Below are positions 37,658 to 47,749 of a DNA stretch of 47,888 nucleotides, one piece after another. How positions within the stretch are numbered: position 1 is the first letter of the stretch; each line of letters begins with the position of its first letter. The stretch lies in assembly GCA_038231455.1 (NCBI GenBank), contig JBBRLI010000021.1, positions 1 to 47,888 of the forward strand, in the 5' to 3' direction. The DNA is from Vulcanimicrobiales bacterium (lineage in GTDB: Bacteria > Vulcanimicrobiota > Vulcanimicrobiia > Vulcanimicrobiales > Vulcanimicrobiaceae). Under the pieces are notes generated by a model, which had not been told where the DNA came from, ran no database searches, and saw nothing but the letters and a program-made list of their open reading frames with translations. The translations under genes were made by a program, and so were the position numbers.

Positions 37658-38989
37658 ATGAATTCGAAGACTGTCGTTATTTCGACCGCGCGTACACCGT
37701 TTGGACGCCTCGGCGGCGCGCTTGCATCGCTCTCCGCAACGACGCTCGGTGGCGAGGCGATCCGCAATGCCATCCTGCGCAGCGGAATCGATCCCGCCGA
37801 GATCGAGCACGTGATCATGGGACAAGTGCTGCAAGGCGGCATCGGCCAAGCACCCGCGCGTCAAGCATCGTTCAAAGCGGGGCTCGCGAAGACGGTTACG
37901 AGCGACACGGTCAATAAAGTGTGCGCGTCGGGAATGCTTGCGGTGATTAACGCCGCGCGCCTCATCAACGACGGCGATCACCGTGTGGTCGTTGCCGGCG
38001 GCATGGAGTCGATGTCCAACGCCCCGTATCTGGTGCCGGGCGCGCGCAGCGGCTACCGCTACGGCGACGGCGTTTTCGTCGACATGCTCATCCACGACGG
38101 CCTCTGGGATTTCTTTCTCGAGTCGACGATGGCAAGCGCGGGTGCGCGCGTTGCAGCCGAACTCGGCGTCACGCGCGAAGTTCAAGACGAGTTCGCCTAC
38201 AACAGCCACCAGCGCGCGCATCAAGCGCACGAAGCGGGACTGTTTGCCGAAGAAATCGCGCCGATCGACGTTGCAACCAAAGCCAAAGGCAAGATCGTCC
38301 TCGATGCTCTGCCGACGCCCGCGCGCGCCCGCATTCCGGCGTTTGCCGGGAACGCGCCGAGCATGTACGACCACCAAGCGCCCGCGAACATGCAAGCCGA
38401 TCCGAGCAAGTTTTCGCCGTACGTCACGGGCGATGTCCCGTTCACGCGGATCGATCGCGACGAGCCCGTGCGTGCCGATGCATCGCTCGCTGCGATGGCG
38501 AAACTCAAGCCCCTCGACAAAGACGGCACGACGACTGCCGGCAACGCACCGGGCGTCAACGACGGTGCCGCCGCGCTCGTGCTAACGCACGAAGACTACG
38601 CGCGTGCGAACAAGCTCACGGTGCTCGGCGAAATCGTCGATCACGCGTACGTCGCGTGGGATCCGCCGTATCTCGCGCTCACACCGGGAATGGCCGCTCA
38701 GAAGTTGCTCGACCGTCATAATCTCAAAGCCTCCGACATTGCGGTGTGGGAAGTGAACGAAGCCTTTGCCTCGGTCGCACTCACGGCAGCAACGAAACTC
38801 GGACTCGATCCGTCCGTCATTAACGCGCAGGGCGGCGCGGTTGCGCTCGGTCACCCGCTCGGCGCATCCGGCGCGCGCATCGTCGGTACGGTGATCCGTC
38901 AACTGCAACGTCGCGGCGGCGGCTACGGTATCGCGGCGATCTGCTCGGGCGGCGGTCAAGGTGACGCCGTGCTCGTGAAGGTCGGCTAA
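37658..38989 (+). CDS. Acetyl-CoA C-acetyltransferase (thiolase)
   Basis: ARTPFG, NKVCASG, GGMESMS, TAGNA.G.NDGAAA, EVNEAFA, GHPLGASG, ICSGGGQG. Confidence 0.95.
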   Translation: MNSKTVVISTARTPFGRLGGALASLSATTLGGEAIRNAILRSGIDPAEIEHVIMGQVLQGGIGQAPARQASFKAGLAKTVTSDTVNKVCASGMLAVINAARLINDGDHRVVVAGGMESMSNAPYLVPGARSGYRYGDGVFVDMLIHDGLWDFFLESTMASAGARVAAELGVTREVQDEFAYNSHQRAHQAHEAGLFAEEIAPIDVATKAKGKIVLDALPTPARARIPAFAGNAPSMYDHQAPANMQADPSKFSPYVTGDVPFTRIDRDEPVRADASLAAMAKLKPLDKDGTTTAGNAPGVNDGAAALVLTHEDYARANKLTVLGEIVDHAYVAWDPPYLALTPGMAAQKLLDRHNLKASDIAVWEVNEAFASVALTAATKLGLDPSVINAQGGAVALGHPLGASGARIVGTVIRQLQRRGGGYGIAAICSGGGQGDAVLVKVG

Positions 38990-39876
38990 TGCGGATTCTC
39001 GTCATCGGTGCCGGTCAAATGGGTGCCGGGATCGCACAAGTGGCCGCGCATGCGGGCCACGACGTGCTCCTAAGCGACATCAGCGCCGAACGCGTTAGCG
39101 CGGGAATCGCCGGCATCAAAAAACTGCTCGACCGCAACATCGAAAAAGCGAAGATGACCGCGCAGGAACGCGATGCGCTCCTCGGGCGCATCACGGCAAA
39201 GCCGGACTTTACGAGCGTCGATGTCGACATCGCGATCGAAGCGGCCACCGAACATCTTCCAACCAAGCTCGAACTCTTCGGCAAGATGGAGTCGGCGACG
39301 CCGGCGGACGCCATCCTTGCGAGCAACACCTCGTCGATCTCGATCACGACGCTCGGTGCTGTCACAAAACGCCCCGAGCGCGTGATCGGGATGCATTTCA
39401 TGAATCCGGTTCCGGTGATGAAGCTCGTCGAAGTCATTCGCGGCATCGCGACGAGCGATGCGACGTATGCAACGGTGCGCGACCTTGCCGTCGACCTCGG
39501 CAAGACGCCGGTTGAAGCGCGCGACTTCCCCGGCTTCGTCGCAAACCGCATTCTCTTGCCGATGATCAACGAGGCGATCTATGCGCTTTACGAAGGCGTG
39601 GCATCGATCGAGTCCATCGACACCGTGATGAAGCTTGGCATGAACCATCCGATGGGTCCGCTGCAACTCGCTGATTTTATCGGCCTCGATACGTGCCTTG
39701 CAATCATGAACGTGTTGCACGAGGGTTTCGGCGATTCGAAATACCGCGCGTGTCCGCTGCTCAAACAATACGTCGCGGCGGGGTGGTACGGCAAGAAATC
39801 GGGCCGCGGCTTCTACGATTATCGCGCGGCGGCAAACGGGACGCCAGCTCCGCAGCCGGTCGCCGCGGGGCGGTAG
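38989..39876 (+). CDS. hbd: 3-hydroxybutyryl-CoA dehydrogenase
   Basis: GAGQMGAGIAQ, IEAATE, ASNTSSISIT, GMHFMNPVPVM, PGFVANRIL, HPMGPL, GKKSGRGFY. Confidence 0.93.
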   Translation: MRILVIGAGQMGAGIAQVAAHAGHDVLLSDISAERVSAGIAGIKKLLDRNIEKAKMTAQERDALLGRITAKPDFTSVDVDIAIEAATEHLPTKLELFGKMESATPADAILASNTSSISITTLGAVTKRPERVIGMHFMNPVPVMKLVEVIRGIATSDATYATVRDLAVDLGKTPVEARDFPGFVANRILLPMINEAIYALYEGVASIESIDTVMKLGMNHPMGPLQLADFIGLDTCLAIMNVLHEGFGDSKYRACPLLKQYVAAGWYGKKSGRGFYDYRAAANGTPAPQPVAAGR

Positions 39877-39882
39877 CCCCAC

Positions 39883-41043
39883 GTGATCGAGTCGCGCCAA
39901 GCCGCGTTCGACCTCACGGACGATCAGCGTGCGATCGGCAATCTCGCGCGCGATATCGCGCAGCGCGACATCGCACCACATATCGCACGCTGGGATCGCG
40001 AACATGCCTTTCCACGCGCACTCTACACGACGCTCAATGACGCAGGCCTCATGGGTCTGCTTGTCTCCGAACGCTACGGCGGTATCGGCGCCGACTACAT
40101 TTCCTACGCGCGTGCGATCGAAGAGCTTGCGATGATCGATGCCGGAACCGCCGTCACCGTTTCCGTCCATTCGATGATTTGCACGGCGATCGAACGCATC
40201 GGCACGGACGCACAAAAAGATCGCTGGCTCGAACGTCTGGCCTCGGGCGATGCGATCGCAGCGTTCGCGCTGACCGAACCCGACGCCGGTTCCGATGCAG
40301 CGTCTCTGCGCGCCCGCGCGCGCAAGGACGGCGAGAGCTACGTCCTCGACGGGCGTAAACAGTGGTGCACGAATGGCGGCTATTCGGCCGTCACGATGGC
40401 GATGTTCCGCACGAGCGAAGATCGTCATAAAGGCGTCTCCGCATTCATCGTCGACTCGTCGACTCCCGGTGTCGTCGTTGAAAAAACGACGGAGAAGCTC
40501 GGCATTCGCACGAGCAACACGTGCGATCTTGCATTCGAATCGGCACGCGTCAGCCTCGACACGTTGCTCGGCGAAGAAGGGAGCGGCCTTTCGAGTGCGC
40601 TCGGTACGCTCACCGCCGGACGCATCGGAATCGCCGCGCAGGCGACCGGTATTCTTGCCGCGTGTCTTGCGGCATCGACGACCTTTGCGAAAGACCGAAT
40701 TGCGTTCGGCCGGCCAATCGGCGCGTTCGAAGGCATCTCGTTCAAACTTGCGCAGATGGCGATGGACCTCGACGCCGCGCGACTCCTCACGTATCGCGCC
40801 GCGGCACTGGCCGATGCGGGCCGGCCCTTTGCCGTCGAGGCGAGTAAAGCCAAGCTCTTCGCATCGACCGCCGCGCGCAAGCACGCAGCCGAAGCCCTTC
40901 AGATTCATGGCGGTTACGGATATACGACCGAATTTCCGGTCGAGCGCTACTACCGCGATGCGAAGATCACCGAGATCTACGAAGGCACCTCGGAGATCCA
41001 GCAGTTGATCATCGCGCGCAGCCTGCTCGGCCGGCTCGACTAG
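39883..41043 (+). CDS. Acyl-CoA dehydrogenase (short/branched-chain type)
   Basis: FALTEPDAGSDA, GRKQWCTNG, KLGIR.S, GRIGIAAQ, ALQIHGGYGY, RDAKITEIYEGTSEIQ. Confidence 0.95.
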   Translation: MIESRQAAFDLTDDQRAIGNLARDIAQRDIAPHIARWDREHAFPRALYTTLNDAGLMGLLVSERYGGIGADYISYARAIEELAMIDAGTAVTVSVHSMICTAIERIGTDAQKDRWLERLASGDAIAAFALTEPDAGSDAASLRARARKDGESYVLDGRKQWCTNGGYSAVTMAMFRTSEDRHKGVSAFIVDSSTPGVVVEKTTEKLGIRTSNTCDLAFESARVSLDTLLGEEGSGLSSALGTLTAGRIGIAAQATGILAACLAASTTFAKDRIAFGRPIGAFEGISFKLAQMAMDLDAARLLTYRAAALADAGRPFAVEASKAKLFASTAARKHAAEALQIHGGYGYTTEFPVERYYRDAKITEIYEGTSEIQQLIIARSLLGRLD

Positions 41044-41107
41044 GATCGAAAGTACGACTTTTCTCGCGGAGGACTAGCTCCGAACCCCACACCAACGAAA
41101 GACAACG

Positions 41108-42277
41108 ATGAAACTCTTGGAATATCAAGGCAAAGAACTCTTCAAGCGCGTCGGCATTCCGGTGCCGAAATCGCAGCACGCGAGCACCGCGGCTGATGTG
41201 AAGGCGTTCATTACAAGCAATCCCGGTTCGTGGGTCGTCAAAAGCCAAGTACTGATGGGCGGCCGCGGCAAAGCGGGCGGTATCAAATTTGCCGACGATG
41301 CCGCGCAGGGCGAGACGATCGCAAACGAACTGATCGGCAAAGTCCTCAAGGGCGTTCAAAATCCCGAGGGCGAGGAAGTGAAATCGCTCCTGCTCGAGGC
41401 CAAGCTCGGCATCGCAAGCGAAGCGTACGTCTCGATCACGATCGACCGCGCGACAAAGAAGCCGGTCATCATCGTCTCCGCGCAAGGCGGCATGGACGTT
41501 GAAGAAGTCGCCGAGAAACATCCCGATGCGATCGTGAAATACTGGGTCGATCCGGCCGCCGGTTTCTCGCCGTTCATGGCGCGCCAACTCGCGTTCGCAG
41601 CGAAGTTGCCAACCGGGTTTCACAAAGCGTTTCCGAAAATCGTAGCCGGCTTATATCAAGTCTTCATGGACTACGGCGCAAACTTGATCGAAATTAATCC
41701 GCTCGTGCTCACCAAAGACGGCGACGTCGTCGCGGGCGATGCGAAAGTCGACCTCGATGACAATGGGCTCTACAAACATCCCGACATCGCGAAGTGGAAT
41801 AAAGAATCGCCCGAAGACGAAGATCAGATGAACGCCGTCGCGATTGGTCTTGGCATGTCGAACTATGCAAAGTTCGGCGGGAACGTCGGCACCATCGCCA
41901 ACGGCGCGGGCCTCGGGATGGGCACGATGGACGCCATCCGCAATGCGGGCGGCGAGGCGGCAAACTTCCTCGACATCGGCGGCGGTGCGCAAGCGGAGCT
42001 GGTGAAGAAAAGCTATGCGCTCGTAGTGAGCAACCCCAACGTCAAAGCATTCTTTATCAACATCTTCGGCGGCATTACGCGCGGCGACCAAGTCGCGCAA
42101 GGCATCGTCGATGCGCTCTCCGGCGGCGACTTGCGCAAAGTGCCGCTCGTCGTGCGCTTGACCGGGACGAACGCAGAAGAAGGCCGGAAGATTCTCGATA
42201 AGGCCGGATTCATTCCGGTCGAAACCATGGACGAAGGCGCAGCGCGCGCCGTCGCACTCGCGAACGGAGCGAACTAA
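41108..42277 (+). CDS. sucC: Succinyl-CoA synthetase beta subunit
   Basis: [59 protein letters not shown]. Confidence 0.96.
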   Translation: MKLLEYQGKELFKRVGIPVPKSQHASTAADVKAFITSNPGSWVVKSQVLMGGRGKAGGIKFADDAAQGETIANELIGKVLKGVQNPEGEEVKSLLLEAKLGIASEAYVSITIDRATKKPVIIVSAQGGMDVEEVAEKHPDAIVKYWVDPAAGFSPFMARQLAFAAKLPTGFHKAFPKIVAGLYQVFMDYGANLIEINPLVLTKDGDVVAGDAKVDLDDNGLYKHPDIAKWNKESPEDEDQMNAVAIGLGMSNYAKFGGNVGTIANGAGLGMGTMDAIRNAGGEAANFLDIGGGAQAELVKKSYALVVSNPNVKAFFINIFGGITRGDQVAQGIVDALSGGDLRKVPLVVRLTGTNAEEGRKILDKAGFIPVETMDEGAARAVALANGAN

Positions 42278-42279
42278 GC

Positions 42280-43161
42280 ATGTCGATTTTTTTAGATAAA
42301 AATTCCAAAATCATCGTTCAGGGAATAACGGGTCGCGAAGGGCTCTTCCATACGGGGCGCATGCTTGCGTACGGCACGAACATCGTTGGCGGCGTGACAC
42401 CCGGTAAGGGCGGCACCAAGATCGAGAGCGGTCAGCTTGTGTTCAACACGGTGAAAGACGCCGTTGAAGCAACGGGCGCGACGCACTCGATCATCTTCGT
42501 TCCCCCGTTCGCCGGCGCCGATGCGCTTTGGGAAGCGTACGATGCGGGCATCACGCTTGCGGTCTGTATTACCGAGGGTATTCCGGCGCACGATATGATG
42601 CGCGTTGTCGCTACGACACCGGGCATGCGGATCATCGGCGGCAACTGCCCTGGTCTGATCTCGCCCGGCAAGTCACTCGTGGGTATCATGCCGGGCGGCA
42701 TCTTTAAAGAAGGCCGCATCGGCATGATCTCGCGTTCGGGAACGTTGACGTATGAAATCGTTGATGGCCTCACGCGTGCGGGTCTCGGCCAATCAACCTG
42801 CGTCGGCATCGGCGGCGACCCGATCATCGGGACCACGTTCGTTGACTGTTTGCGCGCCTTTGCAAGCGATCCGGAAACCGATGCAATCGTGGTCTCCGGC
42901 GAAATCGGCGGTTCGGATGAGGAAGACGCAGCGGCGTTCATCAAAGAACATCTGCCAAATAAGCCCGCGGTTGCTTTTATCGGCGGCCGTTCGGCGCCCA
43001 AGGGCAAACGGCTTGGTCACGCCGGTGCGATTATTTCGGGAAACACCGGAACGCCTGAATCCAAGGTTGCGGCGTTCGCGGCGGCTGGCGTACCGGTCGC
43101 CGATCGGCCCTCGGATATCCCGAAGCTGCTGGCAGAGCGCCTCTCAGCACTGACCGTCTAA
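42280..43161 (+). CDS. sucD: Succinyl-CoA synthetase alpha subunit
   Basis: [51 protein letters not shown] (phospho-His). Confidence 0.97.
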   Translation: MSIFLDKNSKIIVQGITGREGLFHTGRMLAYGTNIVGGVTPGKGGTKIESGQLVFNTVKDAVEATGATHSIIFVPPFAGADALWEAYDAGITLAVCITEGIPAHDMMRVVATTPGMRIIGGNCPGLISPGKSLVGIMPGGIFKEGRIGMISRSGTLTYEIVDGLTRAGLGQSTCVGIGGDPIIGTTFVDCLRAFASDPETDAIVVSGEIGGSDEEDAAAFIKEHLPNKPAVAFIGGRSAPKGKRLGHAGAIISGNTGTPESKVAAFAAAGVPVADRPSDIPKLLAERLSALTV

Positions 43162-43228
43162 ACCGGTTAACCTCACCTGACGGAAACGCCGCAGTGCGCC
43201 GCACAGCGCGGCAGGAGGCCTTTCATCC

Positions 43229-43266
43229 TAGAAAAAGGTCGGAATCCCCTTTCCGACCTTTTTCTA
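43229..43266. terminator. Strong (likely bidirectional) intrinsic terminator after sucD
   Basis: Perfect 16-bp inverted repeat TAGAAAAAGGTCGGAA-tcccct-TTCCGACCTTTTTCTA. Confidence 0.85.
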
Positions 43267-43426
43267 TTTGTCGAATCATTCAGAAAAAAGTTCCCGGTTT
43301 CTTAAATTCTCCTAAAGGAAAGCTAGCGGGCCTTAGGAATCGCTGAGGGTGTAACAAAATCACGACCGGCCTTGGGCCGATGGTGCTTTTGTCGCATGTC
43401 AACACAACATTGAGAAAAGAGGACCT

Positions 43427-46400
43427 ATGCAGAAATATCTGCTTCGCGCCCTCGTCTCGCTGGTGCTGACCGTGACACTCCTTGGCCAGGGAACTTTGGT
43501 TCTGGCCGGGACCACGGGCGGACTCAGCGGGACGGTGGTATCGGGATCGGATCGTGTTCCGGTTGCCGCAGCCAAAGTTACCGCCTCCAGCCCTTCGGCA
43601 CAATCGTCAACCGTGACGGACGCCGCTGGCAAATTCATTTTCATTAGTCTCCCGCCGGACACGTACACCGTGTCGGTGGAAAAAGCCGGATTCGATCCGG
43701 TTGCGACCTCCGGCGTTACCGTCATCTCCGACGCAACGGCGATCGCGGTCTTGAACACGCAGAAAACGATCAAGACGATCGGCCGCATTACGAGTCGTGC
43801 AAATACGGATCTCGTGAAGGCCGGCCAAACGGCGGACGTCTACTCCGTGAACGCCGCAACGCAAGCAGCGGTCTCGGCCGTCGGCGGCGGTGGCGGTCTC
43901 AACAACGCCTACTCGGCGATCGCAACGGTCCCCGGCGCCGTCGTTCCGTTCAACCAAAACGGTTGGTTCCAAACGGTTCACGTTCGCGGTGGCGACTACG
44001 ATCAAACCGGTTACGAACTCGACGGTATCCCCGTCAACCGCTCGTTCGATAACTATCCCTCGGGCGCAGCAAGTTCGCTCGGCCAGCAAGAGCTCCAAAT
44101 CTACACGGGCTCGACGCCGGCAACCTCGGAGGGCGTTGGCCTTGCGGGTTACATCAATCAGGTCATTCGCACCGGCACGTATCCGGGCTTCACGAATCTC
44201 GCGGTCGGCCTCGGCGGACCCGGGTTCTATCATAAAGCCTCGTTCGAAACGGGCGGCGCGACCAAGAGCCGTAATTTCAGCTACTACGTCGGCGTCGGCG
44301 GCTACAACCAGTCGTTCCGCTACATCGACAACAACAACGGCGCGAGCGTCGATAAGACCCTCGGGTCGATCATCGACGTTAACGCCTGTCCGGCAACGTC
44401 GACCTCGAACAATGCCAACTGCTACGCAAGCGGCATCGGCCCCGGCGGTTACATCTACGCGCCGTACAACATCGGCACGTACGAACTGCTCCAGGTCCGT
44501 AACACCGTAGCGAACGTCCACTTCGGCCTCCCGCATAAGGACGGCGAAGGCAAAGACGACATTCAGTTACTCTACATCAACGACCTCATTCTCAACGACG
44601 AATACTCGTCGGCGAATGACTTCGGTGGCGCGCTCCAGCAGGCGTGCGCCGGCGGAGCAAACCTCGGCGGCTCCTGCGGCCAGTACGTCAATCCCGCGAC
44701 CGGTGTCGCGAGTGGCCCGTACTTCCTCAACTACGTCGACGGCTACCAATACAACGGCCAGCGCGGCGCGTTTCTCGCATCAGGCTACCAAGCTCTGACG
44801 CAAAACTACCTGTTCCCGTCATCGCCGACAAATCGCGGCCGCAACGCTTCGATCGCGTCGAATATTCGCGATGAAGGCCAGAACTCGCAGTCGATTTTCA
44901 AGGCACAATACCAGCATAACTTCGGTTCGAGCGCCTACCTGCGTCTGTACGGCTACACGTACTTCTCGACGTATCTCGGCAACGGACCGAACTCCACGTT
45001 CCTCTACAACAACGCGCTTTCGGGTGCCGGTCAAAGCCGCGACTACGAACTCAGTAGCCACACGCGTGGTCTGAGTGCGACCTTCTCGGACCAACTCAAC
45101 GACAAGAATCTCTTGACGTTGCAAGCCGCGTACACCACGGCAACGACGCTCCGCAATAACAATCGCCAGCTCAACGATGCCAGCGGCACGCGTTCGCGTT
45201 TCGCCGTTGCGGTCGACCCCAATGCCCCCACGAGCGGCATCTGCTACAAGGTCACCGGCGCCGTCGCCGTTGCCCGTCCGTGCGATCCCTCGCTCTCTGT
45301 GGCCAATGGCCGTGCCTCGTGGGCTACCCTGCAGCAAGCTGCAACCGGAACGATCACCCCGTTAACCGGAGCGACCTGCGGTAGCGGCCCCTGCCAATAC
45401 TTCGTGGCCGAAACTGGCCCGAATGCCACGTACAACACCGTCAAACCGGCCTTCAACAACTTCGCTATTACGGATGAATTCAAGCCGAATTCGAAGCTGA
45501 CGATCAACGCTGGTCTGCGCTATGACAACTTCCAGTTCAAGGGCAGCGATACGCTCGCAAACGATCCGGCGCGTTCGCTCTTCATCAACGGCTTCAACGC
45601 CGCGTACTGCGAAACGACCCCGGGCCTCCCGCTGGTCCTCAACAAGACACCCAACGTGCCTTGTGCGACCGCAATCCCGGGCAGCGTCAATGCCTCCTTC
45701 CAGAACACGCCGAGCCAGACGTTCTCCTACGGTACGCTTCAACCGCGTATCGGTGCGACGTTCGCGCTGAGTTCCGACACCGTGCTCCGCGCGAGCTACG
45801 GATCGTACGTTCAAGCGCCGTCATCGGCGTACGAACAGTACAATGCACTCCAAGCGAATCTCCCTTCCATTGGGGGATTCCAGACGTTCTACAAAGATGG
45901 TTTCAAAACGCCGGGCCATCAAGTCCGTCCGCAGATCTCATACAATGTGGACGCATCGCTCGAACATCACTTCAAGGGTTCGGACACGTCGTTTAAGCTG
46001 ACGCCGTTCAAACGCAAGACGCGCGACCAGATCCAAAACTTCTTCCTCGACCAACAGTCGGGTTTCGTATCGGGTCTCAACGTCGGTCGTCAGACCTCGC
46101 AAGGCATCGAGCTCGCAGTCACCAAAGGTGATTTCGCGCGCGACGGTCTCTCGGCGAGCTTTGCGTTCACCTACACCAACTCGTTCATCAACTACACGAA
46201 ACTCGCGAACGGTGCGACCGTCATCGATGGCGTGAACAACGACATCAAGACGTACAACGCATTCACCTCGTACTGCGCGACGCACCCCGGCGACGCGAAG
46301 TACGGTTGCCCGAGCGCAGTCACGGCAGCGCCGTGCTACGATACCTCCGGCAATCCGCTTGCAGCCTGCGCTGCGGGTTCGGTTTCGAATCCGTACTACA

Positions 46401-47110
46401 ACGCACCGGTGCAATCGCTGTTCGATACGAATGCGAACTACCCGACCTACGACCTGTTGCCCGGTGGCATCGGCTCGGCGGCTGGTTCGTTCAACGTCCC
46501 ATACAGCGCAACACTCGTGCTAAACTACCGCAAGAACAAGCTTGCGTTCACGCCGTCCATCCAGTATCAGGGTGGCAGCCGGTATGGTTCGCCGCAATCG
46601 ACCCCGGGTATCGACCCCAGAGATTGCACAGCGGCCCTCCTCGGTAGCTCGATCGCAAACGATCCGCGTTATAAATACGGTGGCTCCGGCTCACCGTACG
46701 ACGCGACGTCGTGCAACGGCAACCTCCCCAACATCGTGATCCCGAGCGCGTTCTCGAATACCTTCGATAACCTCGGCGCCTACATTCAGCCCTCGGAAGT
46801 CCTCGCCAACATGAACATCTCGTACGCGGCAACGAAGTCCGTGTCGTTCAACTTGACGCTCGCCAACTTGTATCACACCTGCTTCGGTGGATCCAAGACG
46901 GGCTTCACGCAGAACGACAATAAGGTCTGCTCGTACGGGATCGTTCAAGGCGGCAACGTCAATCCGGCCGGCAACTTCTACAACCCGACCAGCACGATTG
47001 AAAAAGCCGTTGCATACCCCTACCAGGGCAACTACGGTGGCTTCAACACCGACGGTAACTCCACGCGTACGCCGTTCGCGGTGTACCTCGACATGAAGGT
47101 CAAGCTCTAA
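43427..47110 (+). CDS. Large Cys-rich TonB-dependent-receptor-like outer membrane protein
   Basis: 1227 aa; signal peptide ending VLA-GTTG; LPPDTYTVSVEKAGF; VHVRGG...GYELDGIP; INAGLRYD, QPRIGATF; C-terminal VYLDMKVKL; RBS GAGG. Confidence 0.87.
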   Translation: MQKYLLRALVSLVLTVTLLGQGTLVLAGTTGGLSGTVVSGSDRVPVAAAKVTASSPSAQSSTVTDAAGKFIFISLPPDTYTVSVEKAGFDPVATSGVTVISDATAIAVLNTQKTIKTIGRITSRANTDLVKAGQTADVYSVNAATQAAVSAVGGGGGLNNAYSAIATVPGAVVPFNQNGWFQTVHVRGGDYDQTGYELDGIPVNRSFDNYPSGAASSLGQQELQIYTGSTPATSEGVGLAGYINQVIRTGTYPGFTNLAVGLGGPGFYHKASFETGGATKSRNFSYYVGVGGYNQSFRYIDNNNGASVDKTLGSIIDVNACPATSTSNNANCYASGIGPGGYIYAPYNIGTYELLQVRNTVANVHFGLPHKDGEGKDDIQLLYINDLILNDEYSSANDFGGALQQACAGGANLGGSCGQYVNPATGVASGPYFLNYVDGYQYNGQRGAFLASGYQALTQNYLFPSSPTNRGRNASIASNIRDEGQNSQSIFKAQYQHNFGSSAYLRLYGYTYFSTYLGNGPNSTFLYNNALSGAGQSRDYELSSHTRGLSATFSDQLNDKNLLTLQAAYTTATTLRNNNRQLNDASGTRSRFAVAVDPNAPTSGICYKVTGAVAVARPCDPSLSVANGRASWATLQQAATGTITPLTGATCGSGPCQYFVAETGPNATYNTVKPAFNNFAITDEFKPNSKLTINAGLRYDNFQFKGSDTLANDPARSLFINGFNAAYCETTPGLPLVLNKTPNVPCATAIPGSVNASFQNTPSQTFSYGTLQPRIGATFALSSDTVLRASYGSYVQAPSSAYEQYNALQANLPSIGGFQTFYKDGFKTPGHQVRPQISYNVDASLEHHFKGSDTSFKLTPFKRKTRDQIQNFFLDQQSGFVSGLNVGRQTSQGIELAVTKGDFARDGLSASFAFTYTNSFINYTKLANGATVIDGVNNDIKTYNAFTSYCATHPGDAKYGCPSAVTAAPCYDTSGNPLAACAAGSVSNPYYNAPVQSLFDTNANYPTYDLLPGGIGSAAGSFNVPYSATLVLNYRKNKLAFTPSIQYQGGSRYGSPQSTPGIDPRDCTAALLGSSIANDPRYKYGGSGSPYDATSCNGNLPNIVIPSAFSNTFDNLGAYIQPSEVLANMNISYAATKSVSFNLTLANLYHTCFGGSKTGFTQNDNKVCSYGIVQGGNVNPAGNFYNPTSTIEKAVAYPYQGNYGGFNTDGNSTRTPFAVYLDMKVKL

Positions 47111-47129
47111 CCGAGCGACTCCAACATGG

Positions 47130-47169
47130 ACGAAAAAGCCCGTCGCATTCGTGCGGCGGGCTTTTTCGT
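47130..47169. terminator. Intrinsic terminator after the TBDR-like gene
   Basis: ACGAAAAAGCCCGTCGCA-ttcg-TGCGGCGGGCTTTTTCGT: GC-rich stem with TTCG loop and A/T tracts on both sides. Confidence 0.88.
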
Positions 47170-47209
47170 TTGAGAGGCAATTCGCACGCGCGCGCGGTAC
47201 CGGAGGGCG

Positions 47210-47419
47210 ATGCATTACGGATACCACTGCGAAGAATGTGAAGAGGCGATCTTCCCCGCCGCACCGCGAACCGATCTCACTTGGCTCAAGAACCGCTCGC
47301 ATCTCGTCAAGGAAGTGCAGTCGCACGTTCACGGCGGACTAGACACCTGGATTGTCGAGGGGCTAGAGTTCCTCGATCGTCACGTTGGGCATTCCATCGT
47401 AGTGACGCAAAAGCGCTAA
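47210..47419 (+). CDS. Small hypothetical protein with CxxC...HxxH motif
   Basis: 69 aa; GGAGG upstream; YHCEECEE near the N-terminus and RHVGHS near the C-terminus; fills the gap between the terminator and the next gene. Confidence 0.7.
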   Translation: MHYGYHCEECEEAIFPAAPRTDLTWLKNRSHLVKEVQSHVHGGLDTWIVEGLEFLDRHVGHSIVVTQKR

Positions 47420-47488
47420 AGTCAAAACCGAGCGATTTCCCCGACCCCCCGGAATTCATGGTCGTTCCTCGGGGCACATATGCTGGCG

Positions 47489-47749
47489 CTAAGGCGTTCC
47501 GCTCATCGGTATTGGAATACTCGCAGACGATCCGTCCGCGCGCGCCGCTATGAGCAAGGCCATGAGCCGGTTCTCACTTGTTGTAACCGTACCAAAAGGA
47601 AATGGGAATCCAGCTTGCCATTTTCCGGGTGCTGTTTGGACTAGCGCGATTGATTGCGTGCCAATCTGCAGTTTGACGCTGGACGCATTCGACGTCGTCA
47701 CGGCAGATATTCGCACCGGTACGCCGTTTGCGACGACCGTCGGAGAAAG
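47489..47749 (-). pseudogene. 3' remnant of a gene (beta-rich domain) interrupted by an IS
   Basis: LSPTVVANGVPVRISAVTTSNASSVKLQIG...GKWQAGF...IPIP reads like a real beta-sandwich protein; the upstream part of the 47489..47869 ORF is IS terminal sequence. Confidence 0.6.

Noticed and set aside
39070-40908. 612-aa antisense ORF, and similar long shadows such as 28166..29317, 17367..18548, 25713..26771 and 11286..12416
   Set aside because: They lie opposite well-supported genes, have Arg/Ala-rich motif-free translations, and are expected from high-GC codon bias.
43316-43340. GGAAAGCTAGCGGGCCTTAGG resembling the second stem of a c-di-GMP-I riboswitch
   Set aside because: The preceding GGCAAA...GAAA hairpin and the closing strand are absent.
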